From Longimicrobiales bacterium (GTDB lineage: Bacteria; Gemmatimonadota; Gemmatimonadetes; Longimicrobiales; Gaopeijiaceae): 64,000 bases of DNA. The stretch is from the NCBI GenBank assembly GCA_965204735.1, contig OZ242008.1:3456001-3520000 (forward strand), written 5' to 3'. The notes beneath the pieces are model-generated. The model searched no databases. It was not told the origin of the DNA and saw only the letters and a list, made by a program, of their open reading frames with translations. Positions 21,061-30,933 of this stretch are shown here, in pieces (within the stretch, counting starts at the first letter, position 1; every line of letters starts with the position of its first letter). Made by a program: the position numbers and the translations under genes.

Positions 21061-23460
21061 TCACGCCTGCGCTGGCTGCACGGACGCCGCCAGTCTTCCC
21101 AACGTCCCGATCTTGACGCTCACCTGATCGTCGGACACGCGAAGGAAGTTGGCCTGCGACGCTGTCCTGAGGATCTCGTTTGCATCCGGCAGCTTCCCTG
21201 GGGTCGGGATGCGGTCCATGATCTCCGCAAAGTCGCTGCGCGAAACAGCCAAGTCCGAGTGATTCGTCGTCGCGATCTGCCGGAGAACCCAGTAGACGGT
21301 GTACAACCACCGATTCGAGCGATAACCCTCTTCGCTCATCGCCTGTCTGGCCGCCTCGCGAAAGAAGTTGTAGTCCCGGTAGAGCGTGAGCTGGTCGAAG
21401 CCGAGCTTCTGCTCCTGAAAGGACCGAAAATGCTTGCTGCGGAGACGCAGGCCCCGAAGCGGTCGCTGCTGCTCAATCAGCCAGTCTACAAACACACACA
21501 GCACGTTCGCCGTGAGAAACGGGTGGCCGGCTGTCTCGCGATAGAGCGCATCCAAGAAGCGTGGGCTTACTTCAATGCGGTCGGAGAGTATCTTTCCAAC
21601 CAGCAGTGCAAACTCGCCCGCACCGGTCCCCCTGATGTGCTCGAACAAAGGAAAGGGATCCTGTTCGACGTAGGGAGCCAGCTGGTTCTGGTCCATGAAG
21701 ATGAAGTGCGCGTCCGGCTGTTGGCCCAGGAAAACCAACAAGTTGTCGCGGGCAAACTCCACAAGTTGGTTGAGAAGGGGCTGAACGATGGTGTAACGCA
21801 GGAGGCTGTTGTCCGTGGCGGCGGCGTGCAGATATCCGAACAAGGTCTCGTATTCGTCGACGACAAAGACGATCCGTTGGTCGTCCTCCACGGGCACGGG
21901 CGCGCACTCCTGAACAATCTTTACCACGAAATCGTTGGTAATCGGAGTCTTCGATGCCATGGCCTCGCAAACCTTGTCGTAGAACAGGCGTCCGTGCGGA
22001 GTCGGATCGGTTCCACATGTCTGAGGGACTATCGCGGAGTCGCCTGCAGTGAAGTCAAGATCGAAGCATGCGGTAGTCTTGCCGCTACGTCTGACGCTGC
22101 ACCACAGCCGCACGCCGTTTTTGCGGTCGAACGTCCGAAGCAAGCCGCGCACGCTGGTGCGCTGGACATGGTAGAACTTTGCCTTGGCCGGTTCACGCAA
22201 GGGAAACTCTCGTGCGATGTTGTACGGCGTCGCCTGTGCGAGCCTGCTGCGCATCGCATAGATCTCTCGATCCCATGCGTGCACCGCAGCTTGGACGACA
22301 TCTTCTTGCGACACACCTGCTCTGACCACCACGTCGACCAAGCGAGGACTCGAGGACACGTGTGCCGCAACGTCGGGCGGCAAGGGTGCAACGACAAGCG
22401 CAACTCTGTTCGCCAGCGCTTCGTCGAGAACATACGGCGTAACGTGTTCATAACCCAAGTAGGCGTGCGCTTCGATCGCATGGCGCGCGGTCACGGATGG
22501 GGGTGTTCGCACGCCGATCTCGAACCGGCCTAGCGGATCAACGTAGCGACCGAAGATGGGAAGCGGATAGTAATCCTCGTGGTCCTTGCAAATCAACTGC
22601 TCAAGCGACTCAAGCAAGGGAATCACTGCTCGACGAAGGCGATCGGCTACGTCATCGCCGGCAATAAGGTCGGCGACGATGTTCGCCGTGGCAGGCTCCA
22701 GGAACGCCAGATAGTGAGTGAGTCGTCTGAAGTGGCGTGGAAGTACTGCAACGCCTGGGCCGTCGTCGAACTTGACTGCCCCATACCCCTGGACGATGCC
22801 AAGCAACGCCGACGAAAAGAGGCTTCGAAGAGCCTGTACCGAATCTCTGTCGACGGCGTCGGACGACCGTGCGGAGTAGTATGCAAGGGGAAGCTCGAGA
22901 AACCGCACTAGTCCGCCCACGGACTTATGCATCGCCGTAGATTGCCCCACGCGCTCCACTTGAAATCCGTAGCCCTTGGAGAATATGTCGCAAGCGTGTT
23001 CGTGCAGCAACAACCGAACGGAAGCTGCATAGCACTCGCCCATTGGCCGGTGCTTCAGACGCGGGAGATAGATGTCGAAATGACGTGTCAAGCACGCAGT
23101 GTAGTGACTCGACCACTGGAATATGTGGTGCTTGGAGAGTGTTGCGAGGTCCCGCCGAAATGCGTCTTCCTCGGGCAAGCCGCCGGGAACCGCTTGGACA
23201 GCGTCCGGCTTGTAAAGATCGCTGGCGGTCTCTTGAACAAGAGAGGGCACGGCAGTCTTCTGGTCTACAAGCTTGAGCAGCTCTCGGCGGCGCTTGGGCT
23301 GAAACTTCTCTATCGTCTTGAGAAGATCGGCCCGCCAAGACGAGAGGGCGGTATCGCTCATCTGCCGAATGAGGTCGGTCAGTAGTCGCTGCGGCTCCTT
23401 CGCACTGCCTTTGGCCAGCAGGTTCTCGACGTTCCTAAGGGTTTGTTCTGGCGTTGCCAT
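21061..23460 (-). CDS. STAND/AAA-like P-loop ATPase with an unrecognised N-terminal half, 799 aa
   Basis: Walker A WCSVRRSGKTT; Walker B VFVVDEYE; TAGHPFL (GxP) motif; wHTH-like C-terminus. Confidence 0.8.
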   Translation of the reverse strand: MATPEQTLRNVENLLAKGSAKEPQRLLTDLIRQMSDTALSSWRADLLKTIEKFQPKRRRELLKLVDQKTAVPSLVQETASDLYKPDAVQAVPGGLPEEDAFRRDLATLSKHHIFQWSSHYTACLTRHFDIYLPRLKHRPMGECYAASVRLLLHEHACDIFSKGYGFQVERVGQSTAMHKSVGGLVRFLELPLAYYSARSSDAVDRDSVQALRSLFSSALLGIVQGYGAVKFDDGPGVAVLPRHFRRLTHYLAFLEPATANIVADLIAGDDVADRLRRAVIPLLESLEQLICKDHEDYYPLPIFGRYVDPLGRFEIGVRTPPSVTARHAIEAHAYLGYEHVTPYVLDEALANRVALVVAPLPPDVAAHVSSSPRLVDVVVRAGVSQEDVVQAAVHAWDREIYAMRSRLAQATPYNIAREFPLREPAKAKFYHVQRTSVRGLLRTFDRKNGVRLWCSVRRSGKTTACFDLDFTAGDSAIVPQTCGTDPTPHGRLFYDKVCEAMASKTPITNDFVVKIVQECAPVPVEDDQRIVFVVDEYETLFGYLHAAATDNSLLRYTIVQPLLNQLVEFARDNLLVFLGQQPDAHFIFMDQNQLAPYVEQDPFPLFEHIRGTGAGEFALLVGKILSDRIEVSPRFLDALYRETAGHPFLTANVLCVFVDWLIEQQRPLRGLRLRSKHFRSFQEQKLGFDQLTLYRDYNFFREAARQAMSEEGYRSNRWLYTVYWVLRQIATTNHSDLAVSRSDFAEIMDRIPTPGKLPDANEILRTASQANFLRVSDDQVSVKIGTLGRLAASVQPAQA

Positions 23461-23469
23461 TGCATCGCC

Positions 23470-24294
23470 TCAACTGCTGAAGCCAGCCACCCTGCGCATC
23501 CTGCCGTCGCAAGCGGCCCGCACGTGGTTGAACCCCTCGACCGTTCCGCTAGGCCCCGTGGAGCGCCAACCGACCAGCGCCTCGCCCCGGCAGACGCGGA
23601 GCTCGCCCGCCGCCTCGATCTGCCACCCGGGCATGAAGCGGTGGCAGTTGTCGATGTGGAGGCTCAGGCTCTCGACGCCCCGGGCGACCGCCCACTCGTC
23701 GCGGAACTCCACGTCGTCGAAGCAGCACTCCCGGAGCGCCGCCAAGCGGTTGTCGGGGTCGGCCTCGTTCCAGGCTTCGAACCAGCGCTTAAGGGTGCGT
23801 TCCAGCCCGGCGGAGAGGTCGGCCCGGTTGGCCATGAGTTCCAGGCGGCCCAGATGGAAGCGCCAGCCGGCGTCGTGCTCCGCCGCGGCCGTGTCGGACG
23901 AGAAGCCGCCGTGGCGCAAGTCCACCTGGCATCCTTCGGCGGTCTCCCGCACCCGGAACTCCACCAGCGTCGAACCGGCGGGCACCGTCTGGGCTTGGGG
24001 ACCCTCCTCGGAACCCCAGGTGACGGCCAAGTGCATGGCCTCGGCGTCGAAGGCGGCGACCTCCCCGGCCTTCACGACGCCGAAGTTGGGGAAGTCCACT
24101 CGGAAGGGACTCCCGGCCCGAGCCTCGAAGGCGGCGGCGCCGTCCATCCAGCGCGAGAAGCCGTCGGGTTGCGACAGAATCGCCCATACGGTGTCGGGAC
24201 GAGCTTCGATCCCGATGGACCGCTCGATCGTCCGCGCGTCCTGCCGGTCGGGGGACTGCCGTGCGTCGTTCGTCAAGTTGTTGCTCCGTGTCAT
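23470..24294 (-). CDS. SRPBCC/AHSA1-domain protein with a C-terminal SnoaL-like domain
   Basis: IERSIGIEARPDTVWAIL...WM...HDAGWRFHL; C-terminal WFEAWNEAD...DDVEFRD. Start approximate. Confidence 0.8.
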   Translation of the reverse strand: MTRSNNLTNDARQSPDRQDARTIERSIGIEARPDTVWAILSQPDGFSRWMDGAAAFEARAGSPFRVDFPNFGVVKAGEVAAFDAEAMHLAVTWGSEEGPQAQTVPAGSTLVEFRVRETAEGCQVDLRHGGFSSDTAAAEHDAGWRFHLGRLELMANRADLSAGLERTLKRWFEAWNEADPDNRLAALRECCFDDVEFRDEWAVARGVESLSLHIDNCHRFMPGWQIEAAGELRVCRGEALVGWRSTGPSGTVEGFNHVRAACDGRMRRVAGFSS

Positions 24295-24557
24295 CGAGCC
24301 GCGCCAGCGGCCCATCTGTTCGGCGTGTATGAACCAGGGTCCCACAAAGATAGGCAGACCGCCGTGCACCGCTAGCCCCAGTGGGCGCTGAAGCCGGGGC
24401 TCGTGGTTCTACCTCTCTCGCCCAACCGTCGCGTCTTGTCGCCCCTGCCATCCGGCGTTACCCTACGTGCGACCTCGGTCAAACCGGGCGACTCCACCAT
24501 CCGCCGCCCCCTTCGCTCCCGTCCGCGGTCTGTCCCCCCGATCTCGGCGACCAGTCC

Positions 24558-25667
24558 ATGCCGAACTCCACTCATCTGGAACGTCTGTCGATTCGCGGCT
24601 TCCGGGGCCTTGAGCACCTAGAGCTTGAAGACCTGCGCCAGCTCAACTTGATCGTCGGATACAACGACGTCGGCAAGACCTCGGTTCTGGAGGCTGCCAT
24701 GTTGCTCGCGGGCCCGGTACCGCAAGTGCTCACAGGGATTCAGAATCTACGCAAGCATGTTGTTCGGGTCGCGAGCGACATCGCGTTGCTCCTCCACCGC
24801 CTGGATCTTGACCAGCAAGTGGACATGTCCGCACTCACACCTCGAGATGAGCGTCGATTGACGGTCGCGGCGTCCAATGCCGCGCTCACGATTGACGCCG
24901 AATCACAGTTGCCCAGAAGAAGTGGCCACGAGGCCGACGCTCGTGCGGACATCGTGTCGAATTCGTCGGTCCTGCAGGCGACGGAATTCCACTACAAGAC
25001 CGTCATTCAGCCCCGTGGCGCGGGCGAACCCAGGACATTTCGTTGTAGACTTTCAGTAACCAACGCCGAGATCACGATGATTCCGACGACTGTTACGGGC
25101 GATCCCGGAGAAAGTATACTGTCGGCGAGGCTGCTGGTTCCTGGTCCCGGACATGAGGCCGAGTCGATCTCCGACGTACTGATCGCAAAGCGACAAGACG
25201 AACTGCTCGAATGCCTTCGTGCCATCAATCCATCCATATTGGGCATAGCGACCAAGAACGATATCGCGTATGTGGACATCGGCCTAGACGCCATGATTCC
25301 TCTTGGCATGTGCGGCAGCGGACTTGTACGTGCCGCCATGATCTTTGCGGTCTGCCTCGCGGGCGACGTGCAGATACTCTTGATCGACGAGATTGGCAGT
25401 GGACTTCATCACACGGCTGTTGGTCCCTTGATGGAGGCATTGTTGATAGTGTCTGAGCGACGAGACGTGCAAGTCTTCGTCACGACCCATAGCCTGGAGG
25501 TGCTGCGCTCCATTGAGGAGACTCTGGGCGACGACAAGCATGACCGCTTCCGGGACAAGACCGTGGCGTACGCTCTGGCCAGACGCCAGGACCGCTGCAT
25601 TAGCGCCTACAGATACGACTACGAGCAGTTCGCGCACGCCGTGTCGCGTGGGATTGAGATAAGATGA
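24558..25667 (+). CDS. ABC-type AAA ATPase (AAA_15/AAA_21, AbiEii-like)
   Basis: LSIRGFRG, GYNDVGKT, GSG signature, LLIDEIGSGLH and FVTTHS motifs. Confidence 0.88.
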   Translation: MPNSTHLERLSIRGFRGLEHLELEDLRQLNLIVGYNDVGKTSVLEAAMLLAGPVPQVLTGIQNLRKHVVRVASDIALLLHRLDLDQQVDMSALTPRDERRLTVAASNAALTIDAESQLPRRSGHEADARADIVSNSSVLQATEFHYKTVIQPRGAGEPRTFRCRLSVTNAEITMIPTTVTGDPGESILSARLLVPGPGHEAESISDVLIAKRQDELLECLRAINPSILGIATKNDIAYVDIGLDAMIPLGMCGSGLVRAAMIFAVCLAGDVQILLIDEIGSGLHHTAVGPLMEALLIVSERRDVQVFVTTHSLEVLRSIEETLGDDKHDRFRDKTVAYALARRQDRCISAYRYDYEQFAHAVSRGIEIR

Positions 25668-25748
25668 CGGCATGGCACGTGTGCGTCCGGCCCGGGAACG
25701 CCGTCGCCGCTGGCGGTCGCGCCTCCGTGCTCGATCGTCCGAACCGCC

Positions 25749-26981
25749 TCACGGCAGCGCGTGCCGCTCTAGGTAGTGGAGCCCGTACTCGTCCATCCGC
25801 ACCAGGTAGGCCTTTCCGTCGCCGAAGCCGACTACGCGCCGTCCCGGAAGGAGCTCCACGACCAGCTGCCGCTCGCCGGAAGCGCCGAAGACGTGGTACG
25901 CCGGCGGGGCGTCGGCGCGCCCGCGCGTCCTCACCCACGCCCGCCCACTAGGATCGACCGGAATGCGGGAGCCGTAGAACGGCGGCAGCTCTTCCGGCCA
26001 CGAGTAGCTGTCCAGGTCCTGCTCGTCTTCGGTCGAGCCGCCTCGGCTCACGGAGAACTGGATGCTCCCGCTGCCGTCGGCGAACGCGGAAATGCTCATG
26101 CCTCCGCCGGTTTCGGCCCGGGCGTCCCGCCACGCCTCCTTCTCGGGCGTCCCGATGGCGAAGCGCTCGTACTCGACAGGCTCTCCGCTGGTCGTGGACC
26201 CGTCCGGCGCGATCCACTCCAGGTGGTAGTCGGCGACCCGAGCCACCACGACCCGCCCGTCCTCCGCCACTCCCCAGGCGTCGGCGGGCGACAACGGTAT
26301 CTGCGAGATCGACTCGCTGTTCTCCGTGCCGCTTCGCGTGGTGCCCGGCACCTTCACCCGGGCCACCGAGTCCACGCTCTCGGCCTCCAGGTCGAGGCGC
26401 AGCACGTAGGCGGAGTCCGACTGGAGGCCCGACATGCCGGGCATGCTCCGCACGTAGACGCGCCCCTCTCCGTCCACCGCCTGGGGAATCGCCATCACCA
26501 TGGTGCCCTGCATGAAGTCGCCCACCACGTAGGGACGGGTCTCGCCAAACTCCAGCTCCGGGCTCATCTCCGTGAGGCGCGTGTTCCCCAGGTCCACCAA
26601 GAGCGTCCTGCCGCCGGGCAGCGACCACACGGCGTCGGGCTGCTGGTACTCCTCGGGACCTTCGCCCACCGAGCCCAGAGTGTCGGCGGCGCCGGCGTCC
26701 ATATCCACCAGCAGCAGGACTTGGCCCAGAGGGTCGGCGACCAGCACGCGCCCGTCGGGCATCTCCCGCACGCTCTGCACGACCGAAAGGGCATGGTCGA
26801 AGACGGCCTCGGGCTCCGCCAGCCGCACGGCTCCCTGTCCCTCGCCGCCGACGGAAGCGACGCCGCACGCAGCGAGGAGCCCGACTGCCGCAGCGAGGAG
26901 CCCGACAGCCCCTGCCGCTCGTGCGCCTGCGGTGGCCCAGTGGGCGGAACGTCCAGCACTGTCCTTCGTCGCGTGTTCCAT
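25749..26981 (-). CDS. Lipoprotein, probable 6-bladed beta-propeller
   Basis: Lipobox LLAAC; GEGPEEY motif; repeated beta-strand pattern; RBS AAAGGAG. Confidence 0.7.
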   Translation of the reverse strand: MEHATKDSAGRSAHWATAGARAAGAVGLLAAAVGLLAACGVASVGGEGQGAVRLAEPEAVFDHALSVVQSVREMPDGRVLVADPLGQVLLLVDMDAGAADTLGSVGEGPEEYQQPDAVWSLPGGRTLLVDLGNTRLTEMSPELEFGETRPYVVGDFMQGTMVMAIPQAVDGEGRVYVRSMPGMSGLQSDSAYVLRLDLEAESVDSVARVKVPGTTRSGTENSESISQIPLSPADAWGVAEDGRVVVARVADYHLEWIAPDGSTTSGEPVEYERFAIGTPEKEAWRDARAETGGGMSISAFADGSGSIQFSVSRGGSTEDEQDLDSYSWPEELPPFYGSRIPVDPSGRAWVRTRGRADAPPAYHVFGASGERQLVVELLPGRRVVGFGDGKAYLVRMDEYGLHYLERHALP

Positions 26982-27148
26982 TGCGGCTGCTCCTTTGTCG
27001 TGCGAGTGGCCCTCCGAACGGCTCCCCGGCCTTGGTGCGATCCAGGGAGCCGCCGGAGCCGTTGCTCCCATGAAGCTACCGCGTCTTCAGCAGCCAGTCC
27101 CGGAAGACGGCGGCCACGGGAGCCGTCGGGCAGCCCGTCGCGCCGGCC

Positions 27149-27790
27149 TCAGCCCCCGCCGATCGAGCCCAGCGGCAGATTGACGGCCGCGTCGCAGGCG
27201 GTGCCCGACAGAGTGCCCCGGACGACCGCCACCGTGTCGGTCGACTCGACGCCCGGCAGTTCGACCTCCCCCGTCAGTTCCAGGTCCAGCGAGCATCTGC
27301 CCCGCCGGGCGGGAGAGTCGGTCTCCCAGTCGACGGCGCCGACGACCTCCCAGTCCAGCTCCGCCCGCTCAAAGTGGCCGGTGACCCTGACCTGGCCGCT
27401 CTGGCGCACGTCTGGCGCGCCGTTGACGGTGAAGGTCGCGCCCCGAGCCGTGAACTGGCAGTTCCGGGGCGTCATGACCAGATCGGAGCTCAGGACCAGA
27501 ACCGGGGCCACCGTGTCGGCGACGACCCTGCGCAACAAGCCTGCGGTGCCGCCCAGGGGGCAGTCGGCCGGCGGCGGGTCGACGACGGGGGTGGCGGCTG
27601 CGACGCCGGTCAGGCCGCCGACCACGGCCAACCCATCCACCAACGCCACGACCTCGGCGTCGGTCAGGGCGTTGTCGTCGGCCGGTCGGGCGGAGTCGTG
27701 GCAAGCCGCCACGGCCAGCAGGGTCAGGGCGGCCTGCAGCTCCAGGGAGACTCGAGTGCGTTTCCTGGACACTCGCGTGCGTTTGGTCAT
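27149..27790 (-). CDS. Hypothetical lipoprotein, paralogue 1
   Basis: LAVAAC lipobox; C-terminal half nearly identical to the adjacent gene. Confidence 0.75.
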   Translation of the reverse strand: MTKRTRVSRKRTRVSLELQAALTLLAVAACHDSARPADDNALTDAEVVALVDGLAVVGGLTGVAAATPVVDPPPADCPLGGTAGLLRRVVADTVAPVLVLSSDLVMTPRNCQFTARGATFTVNGAPDVRQSGQVRVTGHFERAELDWEVVGAVDWETDSPARRGRCSLDLELTGEVELPGVESTDTVAVVRGTLSGTACDAAVNLPLGSIGGG

Positions 27791-27795
27791 CACGG

Positions 27796-28419
27796 TTACC
27801 TCCCGCCGATCGAGTCCAGCGGCAGATTGACGGCCGCGTCGCAGGCGGTGCCCGACAGTGTGCCCCGGACGACCGCCACCGTGTCGGTCGACTCGACGCC
27901 CGGCAGTTCGACCTCCCCCGTCAGGTCCAGGTCCAGCGAGCATCTGCCCTGCCGGGCGGGAGAGCCGGTCTCCCAGTCCACGGCGCCGGCGATGTCGTAG
28001 TCGAACTCCACCCGCTCGAAGAAGCCGGTGATCGTCAGGTCGCCGCTCTGGCGCACGTCGGGCGCGCCGTTGGCGGTGAAGGTCGTGCCCCGAGCCGTGA
28101 ACTGGCAGTTCTGGGGCGTCACGACGGTCTCGGAGCTCAGGACCTGACCAGCCGCCGTGCTGTCGGTGGTGGCCGTGACCGAGAAGCCGACGGTCCCGCC
28201 CAGGGGGCACTGGACCACCGATTCGGCGGGCACGGGGGAGGCGGCATCGTCGCCGACCAGGCGGGCGACCACGGCCAGCCCGTCCACCAGGGCCACGGTC
28301 TCGGCTTCGGTCAGGGCGTCCTCGCCGGTCGGTGCGGTCGAGTCGTCGCAGACCGCGACGGCCATGAGCGCGATCAGCACGGCCAGCGGTCCCAGGGCGG
28401 TTCGCGTGCGTTCCTTCAT
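27796..28419 (-). CDS. Hypothetical exported or lipoprotein, paralogue 2
   Basis: Signal MKERTRTALGPLAVLIALMAVAVC; shares CPLGG, NCQFTARG and GTLSGTACDAAVNLPL with paralogue 1. Confidence 0.75.
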   Translation of the reverse strand: MKERTRTALGPLAVLIALMAVAVCDDSTAPTGEDALTEAETVALVDGLAVVARLVGDDAASPVPAESVVQCPLGGTVGFSVTATTDSTAAGQVLSSETVVTPQNCQFTARGTTFTANGAPDVRQSGDLTITGFFERVEFDYDIAGAVDWETGSPARQGRCSLDLDLTGEVELPGVESTDTVAVVRGTLSGTACDAAVNLPLDSIGGR

Positions 28420-28481
28420 CTCGCTTCCTCTTGTCTGGCGCTTCGGGTGTCGGGGACGGAGTTCCCCGACGCACACGTTCC

Positions 28482-28508
28482 TACCCGCGAGTTCGCCCAA
28501 GGTTCCCC
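28482..28508 (-). promoter_or_regulatory. Putative ECF-sigma promoter, GGGGAACC-N16-GTA
   Basis: Same motif and spacing at four sites; this one lies ~60 nt upstream of the lipoprotein pair. Confidence 0.55.
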
Positions 28509-28553
28509 GGCATCTTCCGTGGCCCCGGAGCCCGCCCCTCCGGCGCGAGCCTG

Positions 28554-30743
28554 CTACTTGACGAAGAGCATGTCGCGATAGGTGGGGAGCGGCCAGAAGT
28601 CGTCGGGGACCACCGCTTCCATGCGGTCCACCACGTCGCGCACCGCGTTCATGGCGGGGATCACGTTGTCGCGCATGTGGACCGCCTTGGACGACATCTC
28701 GTCGCCGCCCAGCTCGGCGTTCTGGGCGTCCAGCGCGTCCAGCGCGTCGGCCAGCTCGTCCACCAGCCCCGAGACCCGTCGCGCCGTGGACGTCACGCCC
28801 CGGCACCGGACCCCGGCCCCGTCGGCGTTCGCGGAGATCGACACCAGGTCGTTCAGGTAGCGGACCGCCGCCGGGAGGATCATGGTGCGGGCCATGCTCG
28901 CCGCCGTCTCGGCCTCGATGTTGACCTTGATGAAGTACTGCTCCGTGCGCACCTCCAGGCGGGACTCCAGCTCCCGCGGGCTGAGCACGCCGTACTTCTC
29001 GAAGAGGCGCTGGTTCTTGGAGGACCCCATCTTGGGCAGGGCGTCCACGGCGGTGCGCAGGTTGAGAAGGCCGCGCCGCTCGGCTTCCGCCACCCAGTCG
29101 GCCGAGTAGTTGTCGCCGTTGAAGACGACCCGCTTGAACGCCCGCACCTCCTTGGCCAGCAGCTTCCGCAGGGCGTCTTCCAGCTTCGCGCCGCCGTCCA
29201 CCGCCTCTTCCAGCTCCGTCGTCATCTCGTCGATCGACTCGGCGACGATCGTGTTGAGGACCGTGGCCGGGAACGACACGCTGATCGAGGAGCCCAGCGC
29301 CCGGAACTCGAACTTGTTGCCCGTGAAGGCGAAGGGCGACGTGCGGTTCCGGTCTCCCGCGTGCTTGGGCAGGTCCGGCAGCACGCCGACCCCCAGTCCC
29401 AGCAGTCCGCCCTGGCTGGACCCCTTGGCGGCCCCGGTCTGCTCGAGCTGGTCGAAGACGTCCTGCAGCTGGTCGCCCAGGAACACCGAGATGATCGAAG
29501 GAGGCGCCTCGTTGGCCCCCAGCCGGTGGTCGTTGCCCGCGCTGGCGATGCACGCCCGCAGCAAGTCCTGGTGACGTTCCACGGCGCGCACCACCGCCGT
29601 GCAGAAGAAGAGGAACGTCTCGTTGTCGTGGGGCGTGTCGCCGGGGTCCAGCAGGTTGTGGTCCTCGGCGCCGAACGACCAGTTGAGGTGCTTGCCGCTG
29701 CCGTTCAGCCCGGCGAAGGGCTTCTCGTGGAGGAGGCAGACGAAGCCGTACTTGCGGGCGTTCTTCTGGAGGCTCCACATCAGCAGCTGCTGGTGGTCCG
29801 ACGCCAGGTTGGCGTTCTCGTAGACCGGCGCCATCTCGTACTGGTGGGGCGCCACTTCGTTGTGCCTGGTCTTGAGGGGGACGCCGAGGCGGTACATCTC
29901 CATCTCGACCTCCTGCATGAACGCCAGCACCCGGTCGTGGATCGCGCCGAAGTAGTGGTCGTCCAGCTCCTGGCCCCGGGGCGGCTTGGCGCCGAAGAGG
30001 GTGCGGCCGGAGGTCATCAGGTCGGGCCGGCGGTAGTAGAACTCCTGGTCGATCAGGAAGAACTCCTGCTCGGGTCCCAAGCTCGCCGAGACCCGCTTCG
30101 CGTCCCGCCCGAAGAGGCCCAGGGCGCGTCGGGCGACCCGATCCAGCGCGTCGATCGAGCGGAGCAGCGGAATCTTCTTGTCCAGGCTGTCCCCGGCCCA
30201 GCTGGAGAACGCCGTGGGGATGCACAGGTAGGTCGTGGCCTCGCCTTCGAGAAGGAACGCCGGCGACGTCGGGTCCCACGCCGTGTAGCCCCTGGCCTCG
30301 AACGTCGCCCGCAGCCCGCCGGAGGGGAACGACGAGGCGTCGGGCTCGCCCTGGACCAGCTCGTTGCCGCCGAACTCGGTGATTGCGGTGCCGTCCCTCC
30401 GCACCTTCAGGAACGAGTCGTGCTTCTCGGCGGTACTGCCGGTCAGCGGCTGGAACCAGTGGGTGTAGTGGGTGGCGCCTCGGGCCAGCGCCCACTCCTT
30501 CATGGCCTCGGCCACTTGGTCGGCGACCGCCGAGTCCAGCGGCTCCCCGTTCTCGACCGTCGAGAGGAGCTGCTTGAAGACGTCGGACTTGAGCGAGGCG
30601 CGCATCTCGCGGAGGCCGAAGACCTGTCGTCCGAAGTTGCGCTCCAGGAGCTTCGGCTCGGCCACGTCGCTCGGGTCGCGCTCCCTGGGAGCCCAGGTCT
30701 TGGCGGCGACGAGGGAGTCGAAGCGGGTGCGGGTGGTGATCAT
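28554..30743 (-). CDS. glnN: Glutamine synthetase type III
   Basis: [56 protein letters not shown] and [18 protein letters not shown]; 729 aa. Confidence 0.95.
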   Translation of the reverse strand: MITTRTRFDSLVAAKTWAPRERDPSDVAEPKLLERNFGRQVFGLREMRASLKSDVFKQLLSTVENGEPLDSAVADQVAEAMKEWALARGATHYTHWFQPLTGSTAEKHDSFLKVRRDGTAITEFGGNELVQGEPDASSFPSGGLRATFEARGYTAWDPTSPAFLLEGEATTYLCIPTAFSSWAGDSLDKKIPLLRSIDALDRVARRALGLFGRDAKRVSASLGPEQEFFLIDQEFYYRRPDLMTSGRTLFGAKPPRGQELDDHYFGAIHDRVLAFMQEVEMEMYRLGVPLKTRHNEVAPHQYEMAPVYENANLASDHQQLLMWSLQKNARKYGFVCLLHEKPFAGLNGSGKHLNWSFGAEDHNLLDPGDTPHDNETFLFFCTAVVRAVERHQDLLRACIASAGNDHRLGANEAPPSIISVFLGDQLQDVFDQLEQTGAAKGSSQGGLLGLGVGVLPDLPKHAGDRNRTSPFAFTGNKFEFRALGSSISVSFPATVLNTIVAESIDEMTTELEEAVDGGAKLEDALRKLLAKEVRAFKRVVFNGDNYSADWVAEAERRGLLNLRTAVDALPKMGSSKNQRLFEKYGVLSPRELESRLEVRTEQYFIKVNIEAETAASMARTMILPAAVRYLNDLVSISANADGAGVRCRGVTSTARRVSGLVDELADALDALDAQNAELGGDEMSSKAVHMRDNVIPAMNAVRDVVDRMEAVVPDDFWPLPTYRDMLFVK

Positions 30744-30780
30744 GGGTGGCGGTCCTTGTGTCGGGGGTTTTGGCTGGGGG

Positions 30781-30839
30781 CGGCCTTGGGTTGGCGAGCG
30801 GCCGTGGGTTGGCGGGCGGCCGTGGGTTGGCGGACGGCC
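30781..30839. repeat. 18-bp tandem repeat (3.3 copies) upstream of the GSIII gene
   Basis: Units cggccttgggttggcgag, cggccgtgggttggcggg, cggccgtgggttggcgga, then cggcc. Confidence 0.9.
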
Positions 30840-30898
30840 CTCCCATGGCTCGGTTCGGAGAACGCTAACTTCCCGTTGCGGACGCTGGGAAGGACTTG

Positions 30899-30933
30899 AG
30901 CATAAGATTTATTTCGTTAGTATATCTTATGCT
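30899..30933. promoter_or_regulatory. AT-rich inverted repeat (putative operator) in the divergent promoter region
   Basis: AGCATAAGAT (30899-30908) -N15- ATCTTATGCT (30924-30933); overlaps the ATG at 30929. Confidence 0.6.

Noticed and set aside
26868..26906. 21-bp-period duplication in a signal peptide (AVGLLAA twice)
   Set aside because: Real, but most likely neutral slippage in a hydrophobic segment.
30781..30839. CRISPR array
   Set aside because: Contiguous 18-bp units with no spacers and no cas genes.
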